A stretch of DNA of 64,000 nucleotides from Anthoceros angustus (GCA_010909165.1 MU008197.1:310001-374000), one strand, 5' to 3'. Positions 23,570-38,400 are shown, counted from the stretch's first letter. The notes: generated from the letters alone by a model not told the origin. Made by a program: numbers and translations.

Positions 23570-26284
23570 TGTGGCACGACATGCCCTCCTCGGCTCCTAA
23601 GCGATATTGTCTTCTGGCGCGTAGCTCACATCCACCAGGATGGTGGTAAATCGGCCTCTTACGCCCCTCTCCAGTCAAAGTAGTCAACCCTTTCCCCTTC
23701 CCCTTGGGGCGTATGTCCTTTACTATTTTGTAACAAACGCCAGAGTAATCTGACCGGCATCAAAATTTTCCGCAAAGATTGCCATGCCTCTATCCCGCAC
23801 AAGCACCATACGACGTGATGTCGCAAACACGCCCCACGCCAATCTCTCTACTCTAAGCGCCCAAAGCCGCAATGTCAAATGGATGGATTTCGGACCACGC
23901 CCATGCAGCTCAATCTCTACTCTAGCGCCCTGCCGCACGTGCCCAAATGGATGGATTGACGAGAGCCGTGCCTTGTTGCCACAAGCTTAGGTACGCCAGC
24001 GATCGTCAGCTAGTACGAAGTCAGACTAGACTTGTGTACTAGACTTGGCTCGTGGAGGCTTTGATGCAAAGATGAAGCATTCCACGTGGGTGGTGTGCTG
24101 CCCATGATTGTCATTGTAGACCCGCCCAAAGGTCCCAACAAGAACTTCTTTGACATGGATAAGGTGGATGGGGTGTACAAATTTTATGTATTGGGAGGAA
24201 TCATTCCTTCCAGCGATCTAGACTAGCCGACTTGTATCCATTGGTTCAAATGCAGGTGGATGGATGCATATGTTCTTCTTGGCCTCACAAATGAGGAGAT
24301 GAGGTTAGTTGCCAGATCACAACACCATTGCGGATGCGGAAGACTTTTACTTTCATCGACCGTGTGAGGTACGCCAGGCGAGATGAAGGCCGGGCTAGGA
24401 TGGGTGAAGTGTGACTTAGGCGAAGTTGGAGATATATGCCGGTGGGGGGTTCCTAAGTGGGATGCGGAGCATGGACCTAAGGTCATTATCACCTCGTGGA
24501 CAACCGGACCTTTGGATTATTGTGTTGCGAAGGTTGATGATGAGGTGTGGAAATGCGTGGATGAAATCTTTGAGAAGTGGGAGGCAAGCAGTTGCACGGT
24601 GGGCTCGGGCTCTCACAAAGCAGTCGAGGCCGCGGAATTCAAGGAAGACAACGGCCAGCGGTTAGAGCAAACTTGGTCATTGACACAAAGGAGCTTAGTA
24701 TACGGTGAGGGTATGGAAGTGTTTCGGGCATCGAGCGATGCGGTGGGAACAACAACTTGAAGAGGCATGCATGAAAGTCTGGTGGAGAATTGACATTGAA
24801 ACAAATGTTCGTGTGGGTGGACAAGGCCAAAAACTCAACCTCATCCATGTGACGGCCAAGCATTTGCACCGTGAGACATTTGAAGAGGTTCGAGAGCGAT
24901 ATCCCGATTCTTGCATGGTGAATCAAATTAGTAACTTCCTGCCTTCAAAAATCGTGGGTCCTCGATGAACACTTAGCTATACCCAAATCGAGTTTCTCTC
25001 TTGTCTTCTTGTCCTTATAAGTCATGGAAAGTGGAGGCATTAACACCGCATATCGAACAGAACGTCCCATGCATTTTGACCTGTGGGTGAGAACTTCAAG
25101 GAGCACATATTCAAGGCCGAGCCGGAAGCGTGGAGGAGTCGCAACGTGCCTTGAAATCGACCACATCCGAGGATAAGCCGATGACAATCGTGAACGACTC
25201 CAAGCCGTAAAAACCCAAGGTCGGATACCGTGTGGCAACATAGTGAACATGGCCCGGTTTGTAGAGCCCGACGTATGCTTTGTTGTTAGACCTCCCTGAG
25301 GCTTGGATCTAGATCCCCAATCACGAGAGTATGACACAAGATTTACCAAGGCGTAGTTTGAAGGGTCATCATGCGCTCAAAGGCATCACCACATCCTGTA
25401 TTGTTGTGGTCTTCCATTCTCCGGATGACACATCTATGGTGAGAGTCGATGGAAGCGCAGGTGGGTGCCGTGACGACATGTTCGGCATAAAACCAATGTG
25501 ACAAAGATTGTCGAGGACAGCCGTATGCGTGTGGACTTTTCACTTCAGGAGCTTGGATAAGGATTGTGTGCCTCAACCGCTTGTGCTCGAGAACCGACGC
25601 AACTTGGCGGTGGAGTGACAACTTTGTTTGCCGAGCGGTGGAACTAAAATTGTGTTACAACACCGCGGATGATCGGGTTGTTTCCCATCAAGCCCCTAAG
25701 ACTCTTGAAGAGGTTGATTCACCGATACGAGAGGGAGATTGGGTTTGGACGCGCAGCAGGATCGGATCTCGTATGATAGCAAATTGCCCGCTTATGCCGT
25801 ATGGCTATTAGGGAACGGACGCTGGAAGACGCCGAAATCTGCCGAGGCCGTTTGCAGACCGTCTAGGGCCGCGCCCGACGCGGCATCCGCTCGGGCGTAA
25901 GGGAGCGCCGAAAGGGCCGCACGCTCACACTCGACCGCATCGAGGCGGAGCCGAGGTCCTGCTCGAAAATTGAAGAGTTGTTGCTCAGAACAAAAGTTAT
26001 ACTTCTTCTCTCACTACGATGTAAGCACTTTCACATTTCTACAGTCTTGGTTTTACCATTCTTTAAGTGTTTTCTCAAAAGAGGTTCGCTGGCAATGTTA
26101 TCGTGTTGAACAGTTTGATAGTCGCTATCATGAAAGATGTTACGTTGGTTAGTAAACATAAAGAGTCAAAGAGGAAATGACTCACTTTGTTCCCTGTGGA
26201 AGCAGCGGACAGGGCTTTTGCTATTATCTGGGGCAATCTATATAAGGGGCGTAAATCTGTAACAAATTGCGAGAGAGAGACAAC

Positions 26285-26430
26285 ATGCAGTACCAGCTGG
26301 CTTGGTAGAGAAATGGGTGTCAAACTCAGCCGTGGCTTTAGAGATCCCAAAATCAGCAAGCTTGGCAATCATGTTATCATCCAACAAGATATTGCTGGGT
26401 TTCATGTCCCTGTGGATTACAGTGAGGATC
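26285..26430 (-). pseudogene. Isolated receptor-like protein kinase fragment (subdomains VIb-VIII)
   Basis: [44 protein letters not shown]. No other kinase subdomains were seen nearby. Confidence 0.85.
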
Positions 26431-29400
26431 TCCCCGCACACAAAAAGGACACATTCTTGGATAAGGCTTCGCATTTTCAAACTTTTATGCCGGCTCTGGC
26501 ATCCGAAACGACAAGTCACATGTACCGCAAAAGAATGGAGAGGTACTCTGGGCCTTGCGCGCCCAATCGGGCGCGATGGCCGATAAGTCCAACCTATTAT
26601 TGTACCAATGAGAGGGTGTCTTGATCGTGATCTTGCCTCAGATTACAATGACTTCGGAACAGACAGCATGGTATCTGGATTAAGCAATGCTGCCAATTAG
26701 CCCTAAACCTTGATCTACCGAGAAGATGGAATGCAATGCGCTTCTTCCTCATGAACTCATACATTCGAAGACATGCACCACGCAAGCTCAAGAATATCGT
26801 GAATTGTACATCATTTGCAAACTCTTGCAAACGGATTTATAGGCATATGCAAGAAGGAAGAAGGCTCACCAAGGTCCGCCTCTCTTCACACACAAGGCCT
26901 CCAATGGACACAAGGTGACTTATGGTGGTGCAACCTACTTAGCAATTGTAATTTGCCTCGACCCAGAGTTCTCGCAAGTCGCGAGAAGGGCCACACTTAA
27001 TTGCCACGAACACCAAAGAAGCTCACCCTTCGCCTGGGCTGATATGGTTGGATTAGCCTTGTCAGCGCGATCGCTGTCGCGCCGACGCCGACCCCGAAAT
27101 TTCTTCGCCACTCAGTGACTCGAGAATGTCGAGGGTATGAAGACCCGATGTTCACCACAGAGATGTTGCTCGTTATTAATCGAATCGCCATTAGATGTCG
27201 CGATACACGTACAGGATATGCTCCTTCTACCTCACAGCTGAACACAACAGGTTGGCAAAGAATGAACCCAACGAGAATGGTCCATCAAGAAACCCATCCC
27301 CATGGACCTCGCAGTTTTTCTCTGAGTGTGTTGTACTTTTCATCATGTTATAACCACGCTCATTTGGAAGCCCCCTAATTCGAGTAGTGATCCGTGATCC
27401 AACACGCCTACCGTCAAGACATACCATCGCAATACCCAAGGCACCAAACCATGCAAATCTAATCCTGTAACTCCAACGATATCTAATGCCATCCAAGCGG
27501 TGGACGCAAAACCGATGTCAACAGCCGCTATATAAAGCCCTCCATAGCGCCCTTCAACGCATTCGCGACCGAGGGAGGTCACCATGATATCATTCAAATT
27601 TGCGATAAGTGACGGGGCGATAAACGCGCTCTTCGCCGATGAAGTGCTGACCACATTCTCCTCCCAACTTAGGTTCGTCTCGCCGTAAGTGGAACGCGAA
27701 AGCGCCACAATTCTCCAACCCAGCCTGTGTCGGCTCATACCGCAACAAACCGTGCCGTAAAAATCAAAATACTCGTCCTCGGCAGCGGCCAGCGGCTACG
27801 AGCATGGTGGCGGAAAAACTCATCGTGCCCTCTGTGGGGCAACAATTGCAACAAGCCATTCTCGTTCTCGACCATGTCCAAGGCAATGCGTTGATATATC
27901 AAACTTCGGGATGCTCATCGATGACCGACTAAGCATTACCTTAACCCGCCTTGATTAGCGATGTCTCCTTTCTGCTGATTTGTTTGGCAGGCCTGGCAAG
28001 CGGACTTGGCGAATGACTTCGCAGAGGCAAACCCAAGGCCCCCTAGCTGCCGGACGATCGCCGTCTTGGTCTAGACATCCTTGTAAGCTGAGGAGTATCC
28101 GCGATGAGGATCGCCGACCCAGCTGCAACATAAGTACGCTGTTTCCATGTTGCTGTTCAGAATCGGACCAAGGCCTATGATCAGCGGAGTATGACACACA
28201 TGTACTGAACTCAAGCAATGTGAACCCACACCGCAGTGCAAAGAACGCGAGGAGGGCCACCCACGATAAGCCCTTTTCCGAGGTGTGTTGCAAGCGATCA
28301 CACAAAGACTACATGCATTTGCGGGAGCCGGTGGCATACCGGCAAGCCTCTCACACTGCGCTTGCACATCAACTATGTACATAAGCAATCGTGGAATCTG
28401 ACATGCAGAACGGCATAAAGCATAAAACATCTTGTCGCCGGACTCCGTGGAGTCCAGAGCACATCACATCGGACAAGCGGTGGAAACAGCGGCGGCCAAC
28501 CTCCTCCATGTGGCCTCCCAATGCCGTGAATGCGCAACAAACCTCGAACAAGCGGACGGAAGAGCTTTATCTAGGGGCGAAACCATCGTTCTGGCGGACC
28601 TGAAACTTCGGTTGGAAGCGGTCAAGCCAGCCGGGTGTGATCATCCTGCATCCTCGTCTCGGCCGTTCGATCTTGAAGACGAATCGCTTTGAGCAACATG
28701 AGGCATGCGACTTGGATCGAGCCTCTGCTTGTCGCAAGTGTAAATGAAGCGGCCGTTGGGACAAGACAGTTGTCGCAGCGGGTTCACCACCTGTAGATGC
28801 AAACAAACACCGAAAATCATCCACTCAACCCCGACACACCACCTCGCACCCAACACCCACACCATCGGGAGGATCCGACGCACCTACTGAACAGCAGCCG
28901 CCTGCCCCGCCCGACTCACATATTCCCGCACGGCCGAGCATCACCGGGTGTAGAAGAGCGGCATCAGCCACGCATGAGCTCCGTGGCGGGCGGGTGAAGA
29001 AGGCCATGACCCGCTTAGACACTTTTGAGGAATTTGATGTCCGTCCCCGCAGTTGGGCCGCTTCTTTTGAGCGTAGTCGAGGAGCTCCACGAGAGGTTCG
29101 AAAGCCAAATTGTCGTATCGCCAGAAAGGACCAGCAGCCACCTTCGAATGTGCCACCCACAAAGATCTGTTAGATGGTATGGGTGAATCAAGCATCCGAA
29201 TGCTGAATCAAGACCACATTACCGACAATGGTTAGTGCATTTGAGGTCTCGAAAAGGCAGTTGCTTCCATAGGGTGCTTTGGAGGCCCGCTGCTTTGTAA
29301 CAGGCTATGCCCCTCATCCGCCACCCCTGGAGTGGACAGAGTCGAAATGCGGAAGCAACGAGGCAATGCCCAATTGATTCTCGCCTCCACGTAATCACCG

Positions 29401-29892
29401 CAAACTCTCTTGACGAGCAGCAAGAGCAGCGCAACCTAGAGCAGCAGTAACCTAGAGCAGCCCCCAAAGCAAAGAGGTAAGAGCTGTACCATCATGAAGC
29501 CGCCAGCAGAAGTACGCTAAACATGTTGGGCACTAGACGTGAGCACAAAAGTGATGCGGATGAAATGACGTGGCGCGGGAGGGTGAGGGAAGTGAGCGAC
29601 CGCTCTTGTTAAGTAAGAGGAGGTGGATGGTTCTAGTCAAGCTTCCGCTTGGATATCCAGTGTGAAGTGTCGATTCTCCTTAGCTTCGACTTACGCCCGC
29701 CGCTACTGGTTTGGAATGTTTAGGTTTGGTTAAAAGTGCAAGGGCCGTGGACGAATCATTTTGTAGTTAGGTTTGGTATCGGGCTTCGGAGTTAGGTCCG
29801 GATTTTAAACTTAGGTCCGTAGAGAGAGCTTTGCCGGCGATGAGAGAGAACCTAGGGTTTCTTTGTCTATATAAACCTCTTTCCGCACTCTC

Positions 29893-32800
29893 GTGTCGCT
29901 TGGAGGTATTCGGGTTATATTGTCGCCGCAAATGATTGCTGAAGTTTTGGCAAGCGCCCCACGCGCCGCTCTTTTACACCAAGGCCGCCTCATCGAGCAT
30001 GCCTTTTAATAGCTTTGTTTTTTTCCTGTTCAAAATGTTCTTGCTTCCAATGAAACAGTAATCGTAAGTGTAGGCGGCCTATGTAGTTTCTCTTTGGGAC
30101 TCGCTGAAATACGACGCTTTGCGTAATCAGACGGGAGAAACACGAAGATAAACGGGAAGTGAAACATTCACTTTGCGGGGTAATACTCTATCCTGTAAGA
30201 AAGTATCTATGTTTCTTTTCCTTTTGATTTGTAGTCAAGTCTTGACCTTTCTAGTTAGGTACCGTTGGTGTTGCTTATGTTCTAGGCTACTTGGCTGAAC
30301 GAACCATCCACAACTGATATCTATGTATGATTGTAGCTATCTGAAACGACATCTGATGGTACCGCTTATCGCCCTGGGATCATCTTCTACTTTGTTCTGT
30401 AAATAGTCGTTTTTTCCATTCTTTTTAAGAGTCAAGTTTTAGAATGCTTCATTTGGTACCTTAGCTTTTGTTGAACTTTTGAGCTCTCTGTTTGCGTGTG
30501 GCATGCGTTTGGTTTCTCTGTGCATAATTCCAGTTTCATGCTTTCCTATCTTCTGGTACTTTTTTCAATTGTTGTTTTTTTTCTCGCAGAATCAAGGAAA
30601 GTTTTCAACCCGTGGGTACTTTGATCGTTATGCCTTTTTCCTTCTTCCGTCAAGTTTCATGAAATTGCCGTGTTATCGGTTAGGAGTTTTGTGCTTAGAG
30701 TTCGCATGTTGTGTTCTTTAATGTTGCTTTTGTCTGTTTGCTGCTTGCAAACACGAGGTTTGGCTAAGCCAATTCTGGTTTCTTTTACGAGGTTGTGTTG
30801 GTCCTGATTCTCTGAGTAAACAATCTTTGGTAGTTGCGTCTGCTCTTAATGTGCGCCTTGTCTGCCTTTGCAGAAGTGTGTAGGCCGCGGAACAGTGCGG
30901 ACGCATCCTTGGATACATTTTGGTCACGACACGTGTACCATGTAGTGGTTGTGTCTCGAGTTAAGCTCGTGACTGTATTCACTGGTGTCTATTTTTCTAC
31001 CCACGCCTTGGTTTCAACTTTTATGGTGGATACATTTCACCAGACATGCCATGTTTTCTACTCTATTGTAATAGATTTTACTCTATAAAGTAAAAATAAT
31101 GACCAAATGGTCAATTCTCTCTCTAGAAATCTACCCTCTAGCCCCTGAAAAAAAATCGAGCTAGCGCGTCGAGGCCCCAGACGAGGCCGCGACTTTACGT
31201 CATTTCTGTTGATGTGGATCCTAGGTGCGCTCAATTCATGGATCTTCTAATCAATTCCATGGACAACCGGCTCACGAAGAGGGAGAGGTGGGCGAGGAGC
31301 CCGCTATGGAGGCGGCAAGACGCTCAATAAGGAGCCCATGGTGAACAACATGGCCGGTGCCCGGTTTCATATGTGTCGCTGAAGAGACCAACGAGGAAGC
31401 CCGAGACCAAGGGTCATATGGCATGTGGCCAGCGCGACAACTCAATGGTCCTTGGGGATGCGGAGCAAGTGAAGGATGCGAAGAGCCCTCCTCCGGTTTG
31501 CTTGATGCCCGATGGTGGGGATGTAGGATTGGAAAACTTTGCTTCACGATCGAGGTGTGTCGCATGGACAAAGGGATAGGCTACGTGTTTGTTTCGAGGA
31601 TTCTCGTAGGAGGAACCGTGTGGTCTTAAGCACCGGATGTGGTATCTCGCACCGTAGAACGTGCATGCAAGCAAAGCATGAACACAACAAACACATCAGC
31701 GGCAAGGTCCTCGGAGTGCACTAGACAACGAACACTGTGGAGCACGCTAGGAAGCATGGAGTGGTGACGATTCGAGAATGTGTTCAAGAAATTGACACGC
31801 CGGTATTTGATGAGCGAGATCATGGGCGTCAAGGTCGCATCGTGCAAGGTATGGATTTAAAACAACGGACCGATTTCAAAGAAGCGTGGCGCGCCCATTC
31901 GCATGCATAGAAAGTATCAATACAATCACCAAATCGTCTCCTAATTCTAGGGAAGACTATGTATGTTGTAAACCCACGAGATAAAAAACCGGTAATGAAG
32001 ATGACAATGGATGTCATGTGACAATCCAATCAAACACAACATGTTCAATTGCTTTCACGTATAGTCACTAACACCGCCTCGACACACATGTAGCATGACT
32101 TTCTCCAATTTTATCCTTGACCACCAAGTACACCGGGCGGTGTCTTGGAGGTATTCGAAGTTATATTGTCAGCGGCAGTGATTGCTGAAGTTTTGAACTG
32201 CAAGCGTCCTACGCGGCCGCTCTTTACACCAAGGCCAGTCTCTACTGAGCATGCCTTTTAATAGCTTTGTTTTTTTTCTGTGTTCTGAAACAGTTCTTGC
32301 TTCCAATGAAATAGCACTGTAAGTGTAGGCGGCCTATGTAGTTTCTCTTTTGGGACTCTGGCTGAAAATACGGCGTTTTCTTTGCAGAACTGTACGGGGA
32401 GAAACACGAAGATAAACGGGAAGTGAAACATTCACTTTGCGGGGTAATACTCTATCCTGTAAGAAAGTATCTATGTTTCTTTTCCTTTTGATTTGTAGTC
32501 AAGTCTTGACCTTTCTAGTTAGGTACCGTTGGTGTTGCTTATGTTCTAGGCTACTTGGTTTGAGCAGACCATCCTGGCCCGGATATCTATGTATGATTGT
32601 AGATCAAAACGACATCGGTACCTGCCGCGCCCTGGGATCATCTTCACTTTGTTCGTAATGCAGGTAGTCTTTCCATTCTTTTTTTAAGAGTCAATTAGCC
32701 TTACGACAGTTCATTTGGTACCTTAGCTTTTGTTGAACTTTTGAGCTCTCTTTGCGTGTGGCATGCGTTTGGTTTCCTCGTGCATAATTCCAGTTTCATG

Positions 32801-34385
32801 CTTTCCTATCTTCGTACTTTTTTCAATTGTTGTTTTTCTGTGAGCCGGAAAAAGACTTTCAACCGACACCCGTGCCAGGTACTTGATTATGCCTTTTTCC
32901 TTCTTACGCCGTTCAAGTTTCATGAAATCGCCGTTATCGGTTAGGAGTTTTGTGCTTAGAGTTCGCATGTTGTGTTCTTTAATGTTGCTTTTTATCATTT
33001 CTTGTGCAAACACGAGGGTTTGGCTAAGCCAATTCGGTTTCTTTTACGAGGTTGTTGGTCACATTCTCGGTAAACAATCTTTGGTAGTTAAACGTCGCTT
33101 CCTTAATGTGCGCCTTATGCGCCTTTGCGAGGAAGTGTAGGCCGTGGCAGTGCAGGCATCTTGATACATTTTGGTCAGCGACACGTGTGCACTACTGTGT
33201 AGCTGGTTGTGTCTCAGGTTGTAAGCTCGTACCTGGTATTCACTTGGTGTCTATTTTTTTCTACCCCGCTGCCCTGGTTTCAACTTTTATGGTGGATACA
33301 TTTCACCAGACATGCCATGTTTTCTACTCTATTGTAATAGATTTTACTCTATAAAGTAAAAATAATGACCAAATGGTCAATTCTCTCTCTAGAAATCTAC
33401 CCTCTAGCCCCATCGAAGGTGAGGCCCTGTGACGGTCAGCGACTTTTACGCTATTTCTGTTGATGTGGATCCAGAGTGCGCTCAATTCATGGATCTTGAA
33501 TCAATTCCATGGGCCAGAGAGAGGAGGAGGTGGGCGAGGGCCGGCTATGGAGGCGGAAGGCGTTCAATAAAAGGCCCATGGTGAACAACATGGTGGTGCC
33601 GGGGTTCATATGTGTCGTTGAAGCGAGACCAGCGAGAAGCAGACCAAGGGTCATATGGCATGTGGTGAAGCGCTGACGACAACTCAATGGTCCTTGGGGA
33701 TGCGGGCGGCAAGTGAAGGAGGCGAAGAGCACCCTCCTCGGGTGTGCTTGCGGCCGGATGGTGGGGATGTAGGATTGGAAAACTTTGCTTCCACGGATCG
33801 AGGTGTGTCGTGCGGACGGTGGATAGGCTACGTGTTTGTTTCGAGGATTACGGTAGGAGGAACCGTGTGGGTCTTAAGCCGGACGGTGGTATCGCACTTT
33901 GTGGTAGAGCGTGCATGCAAGCGGGCTATGAACACAACAAACACATCGTGCAAGGTCCTGGAGGAGACTAGACAACGAACAGTCTTTGGTGGAGCCAAGC
34001 TAGGAAGCATGGGAGTGGTGTGATTAAGAATGTGTTAGATTGAGGTGTGGGTATTTGATGGCGAGATCATGGGCGTCTGTTGCTGCAGTCAAGGTATGGA
34101 TTTCCGAAACAACGGACGATTTCAAAGAAGCGCGTCGGCGTCCATTCATAGAGAAGCGGATCAATACAATCACCAATGTTCCTAATCTCCTGCTAGGAAG
34201 ACTATGTATGTTGTAAACCCACGAGATAAAACGGGTGTACGAAGATGACAATGGATGTCATGTGACAATCCAACGAAACACGATGTTCAAGCACAGAGAT
34301 AAATGCACTAACACCCTCGGTACACACATGTAGCAATATGACTTTCTCCAATTTTATCCTTGACCACCGGTAAGTACACTGGACA
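29893..34385. repeat. About 2.25-kb tandem duplication
   Basis: 29893-32139 is colinear with 32140-34385. AT-rich tracts (about 31010-31143 vs 33277-33410) are identical. Confidence 0.88.
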
Positions 34386-35438
34386 TGTCGGTGCTCCTTT
34401 GCCCTCCACACCATTCACCGCTCCGTAGTGGAATCCGGTGTTGATCAACACGTTACCGATGTCACGAGTTTGCACCGCGCCTCACCAACCGTAAATTCCT
34501 TAAGGACCAAGCAATGAAGCGGGCGGGATCACTCCAGCGTGAAAGGAACACCCATGTTGTGATTGCCACCGGTGCGTCAACTTCCAATTTCCATCGCCCA
34601 TGTGGAATTCTCTCGTTTGATCGGTTCGGAGGTGAGGTCTCCATCGCATGCAATATTAGGCGGTGGCAAGCCACTTCCAAAGCGATTCGCATGGGGCGTC
34701 GCGGCTCGGTGTCTGGACATGGCGGTAGGCGTCAAATCTTCCTCCACTCCTGCCGACATTGGGCGGAGATGCAAGGTTTATATGCAGGCGTCCGGTGCCA
34801 CCACGGCCCTCCCACTAATGTAGAGGGTGACCATGACGTGGACACCGACTCAACACATGTGGATTTTCCATTCTTGGCGTTTGCATTTTGTTGTCCATAC
34901 AAAGTTGCCACGATTTTCAAATCTGCGTTTATAGGTAATGTACCCACTGGTTAGCCAAACTAATATGAGATGAGGACATACAAATCGGGAAAAGCAGATC
35001 CTCTATGATTTGCTCCTAGGTTTAGGGGTTTTTTAATGAAATCGGGAAAACATGGTTTTGGGTGGCTTTTGTATACCTTCGACCGGTGTACACCTTCCAA
35101 CTAGTGACTGTGGAGCCGTCACCACCCCAAGGAGACCTTGTTTAGTGGTATAGAGGCAATATCGAGGCGGCAAAATCGGTAGTGGACACAATGAGAAATT
35201 AAATCTAATAGCCACTTAACACAATCGAGAGGCAACAGATGCTATCCGGCCCGTACATCGGTTGAGCATCCGGTTTACAATCCGGGGCACAAGCACTTTG
35301 AGCATGTCTTGTGATCACCTCGGATTTCTCTCCACGTAAGGTCGGTCCTCTCGGACGCTGAGAATCCACTTCCATTAATTGTCTCGGGCGGCCCATCACC
35401 AATCTCGCCGCCACCACACGCCGAGTTTCTTGTCTTAA

Positions 35439-38400
35439 TGCCGGACTCGGACTTGGGGTTAGGAAATAAGTAGGGTTTTGTTTTTGTAGAGGAAGGATAA
35501 AATAAGGGGAAAAGAATAGCACGGATAGCACTCCGGTTGCACTCGGAATACTCGGACTCGGAGTGAGCGTACCGGACCTACTATGGCGGGCGCCGGGGTA
35601 GCAGGATAAGTCCGGACCCACTCCAGTCCAGAGGCGGGATAAATGCGCGAGAAAGTAACTTAGAAGTTGGTGAGGGACGCGGCCACGTGGGCGACCAGTG
35701 GAGGCGGGCATGCTGGCAGCCTTGCGAGGCCGTTATAGCGGTATTCGCGCCGCGGTGCCGGCGGCGGCGGCGGCGTAAAGGCGGCGGCGTAAGGCGAGTA
35801 AGCGGGCGTAAGGTCGAATAAGCCATGCGGACCTCTGGCGATTCTGACGAGGAAGAGCGCCTTCCGCCCGTGTTACTCCGTGGCGAAGGAAGGTCGATTG
35901 GCCACAACAATTCTCGATCTCTTGCGCTCGATCCGGCTCTCTGGCGCTATCTCGTTGGGTGAGCGTCTTCAGCTCACGTTGAGGTTGGGCGACGGCGAAG
36001 GCGCAGCGTGCCGGTCTCAAACTCGGCTCGTGAGGAGGAGAAGGCGATGGCACCCAAAAAGCTGCGGAAGTTTGGGAGCCATGGAACCTCGTGGGCGCAA
36101 CATTGTGACTCGGCGCTATCAGGACTTTGGGCCTGGTACGGGCAGGAGAATTAGTGCGAGAGTGGCACTTGGATGCGTTCGAATGTGCGGGCGTTCGGAT
36201 GTCACTCTGGTCGGGAGTTCGCCGAGGAAAATCTTGGCGGTCAATAAGGAGTGCGGTCCAAGAACCTCGGGAGGACTGGCGATGGACCTTGGAGGTCTGA
36301 GGCGGCCTACAACCGCCCAAAGGAGGAAGAAGGGGAGTGGTGCGGGGCCCCTCAAGGCGAAGGGAAGATAGGGCCAGCAGTGGCGATCTTTGAGGCACAG
36401 GGGCCGAGGACCCAACTGTGGATGGGTGATATCCGAGGCCTGTTGGGCCGGTCGAGTAAGAGGCGGTAGCGGATCATTATCCATTGGAACACACTCACAA
36501 GGTGGATCACCTTGGTGATAATCTGATAGTATTCTGCATGCGCGCAGGAAGAGGCGGGAAGGATTATCTTCGCCGGTTTAGTCGAGGCCCAAAGCTCGGG
36601 GCCAGAAGCCCTATATCTGTCCCCGATCCATGTATGGGGCATTTGAGCTCCTCAGGAGGAGAGCTTGCGGGCGCTCCGGAAAGATGGAGGCCCTGCGGAG
36701 TGGGAGCAAGGGCGCCTGAGGAGGCCGACCGCGAAGGCCAAGCGGACCGGGAGGAGGGCGGGAGGGTCCGGACTCCATCGTGCAGGCGGACCCCCTCACC
36801 AGGGAAGTATGGGAAGAAATTCCCGCTTCCTCCTCACAGTGCTGCAAGGCGGCCCGATCCAGGCGCAGCCCGGCTTACCCCGCCACGGCCCGCCCGGTGA
36901 GACCGGCGGCAAGACGCAAGACCACGGCTACACGCGGCACCTCTGGTGCGGTACCCACCTTGCGGGTAAGAAGCGGAGGAAGCGGTAAGGAGGCGAAGGG
37001 CCGCGCGGAGGCGAGGACAGCGGCACCCGAGCCGGTCTGTCGCCCGGCGAAGGGCAAAAGGGCTTGCTCCGGACTCCCTCACCTCCTCGAGCCCAGGAGA
37101 AAAGGCGGAGAAGGAGCTCGCGGCCAAAGGCCAAGGAGGTGAAGCTCGGGAGCTCGGCCTCGGGACCTAAGGGTCTGATTAGGTCAGGAGAACCCAGTCA
37201 GGACTTACTCGGACAGTATGGAGGTCCTTGGCGGACCGTGAAATCGGCTCCACTTACGGACTTTGTGGGAGCCTCACCGGTGACGTGGAAGAAACACGGC
37301 GGGTCCTGGCTCGTCATGGACGGTATGCTTTGGGGTCTCTGGGATGGCCGAGAGACCGGTAGAAGCCACCGGGCGCATGGTACTCCTCCGGGGAGGCAGT
37401 TGGAGGGGCCGGGAGGCAGAAGGAAGGCCAAGCTCGGCCGATTGAGGAAGGGAAACGCCGGAGGCCGAGAGGGAGGTCCGTCCATCCGCAAGGACCGACT
37501 AAATTCCTTCAGGAGGAGCAGGCAAAGTGAAGGAGGCCCAAGCTGGCCGAGGACCTCCGCAGTGAGGAGCGCAGCAGAAGCGAGGAGGCCCGCGCAAGTG
37601 AGGCGCGGACTCGGTGGAGGCATGAGACCAGGCCAGCCGAGAGGCTCGTGAAGGTAAGGAGAGGCCACGGCTGGCACGATCGCGATCACTATCGGCGTGA
37701 TCGAACCGTGGAGGGAGGCGGCGAGAGCCACGCCAATCAAGGCGAGAGGGTGGCTGGAGCAAGCGACGAGCTGCGGCAAACACCTGAGGCCAAAGACCCG
37801 GAAATCGGGGACCTCGTGCAAGCCTGCAGGAGGTAGAAGGAGGCAGGTGATGGAGGACAAGAAGGACACCTTGGAGTTACAACCCAAGACGCCGGAGCAA
37901 GGGGTTCTCAGAGAATCCAGACTTCGAGGAGATAGAGCGCCCATCAAGATGGAGCAGGAGGTGGTGGAGCAAGCGCTGACCAGCTGGCCCAAGAGTTCGC
38001 GAGAGGGAGATAAGTTACCCGTCCGTAATGCGGTCTTCCATCTGCCGCTGCCGTCCTGCACCCGAGCCGAGTCCGAGGGGAGGGAGTTGGAGCAGTGGAG
38101 CAACAATGACTACCGCGGAGGTGACCGAGGCAGGCACCATGAGAAGGCCCACCATCAAACCTCGGGGAGGTGGAGCAACAAGCCGGCAAAGACGCCTGCC
38201 CCCGAGCACCTATGGCTAAGGGAGTATCGGGTGCCGCACACGTGGAAGAGGCAATCCAACAAGTGGATTCGACTTTGCCTATTACCACCCGAGCTCCGGA
38301 GGCCTCACCACAGAAATAGACGGACCGGAAGGCTCGGGAGGGAAGAAGGGCACGGGATGACAGGGACCTAGCTTGGAGACGACGGCAACAGGAGAAGAGC

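Noticed and set aside
8946-23575. Target-site duplication for the full-length retrotransposon and for the 35439-41446 solo LTR
   Set aside because: Flanks do not match (GGGTA vs TGTGG; CTTAA vs CCCGT), so none is claimed and the outer ends remain approximate.
29719-29860. Telomere-like TTTAGG/TTAGG motifs (also near 35020)
   Set aside because: Scattered single motifs rather than a tandem TTTAGGG array.
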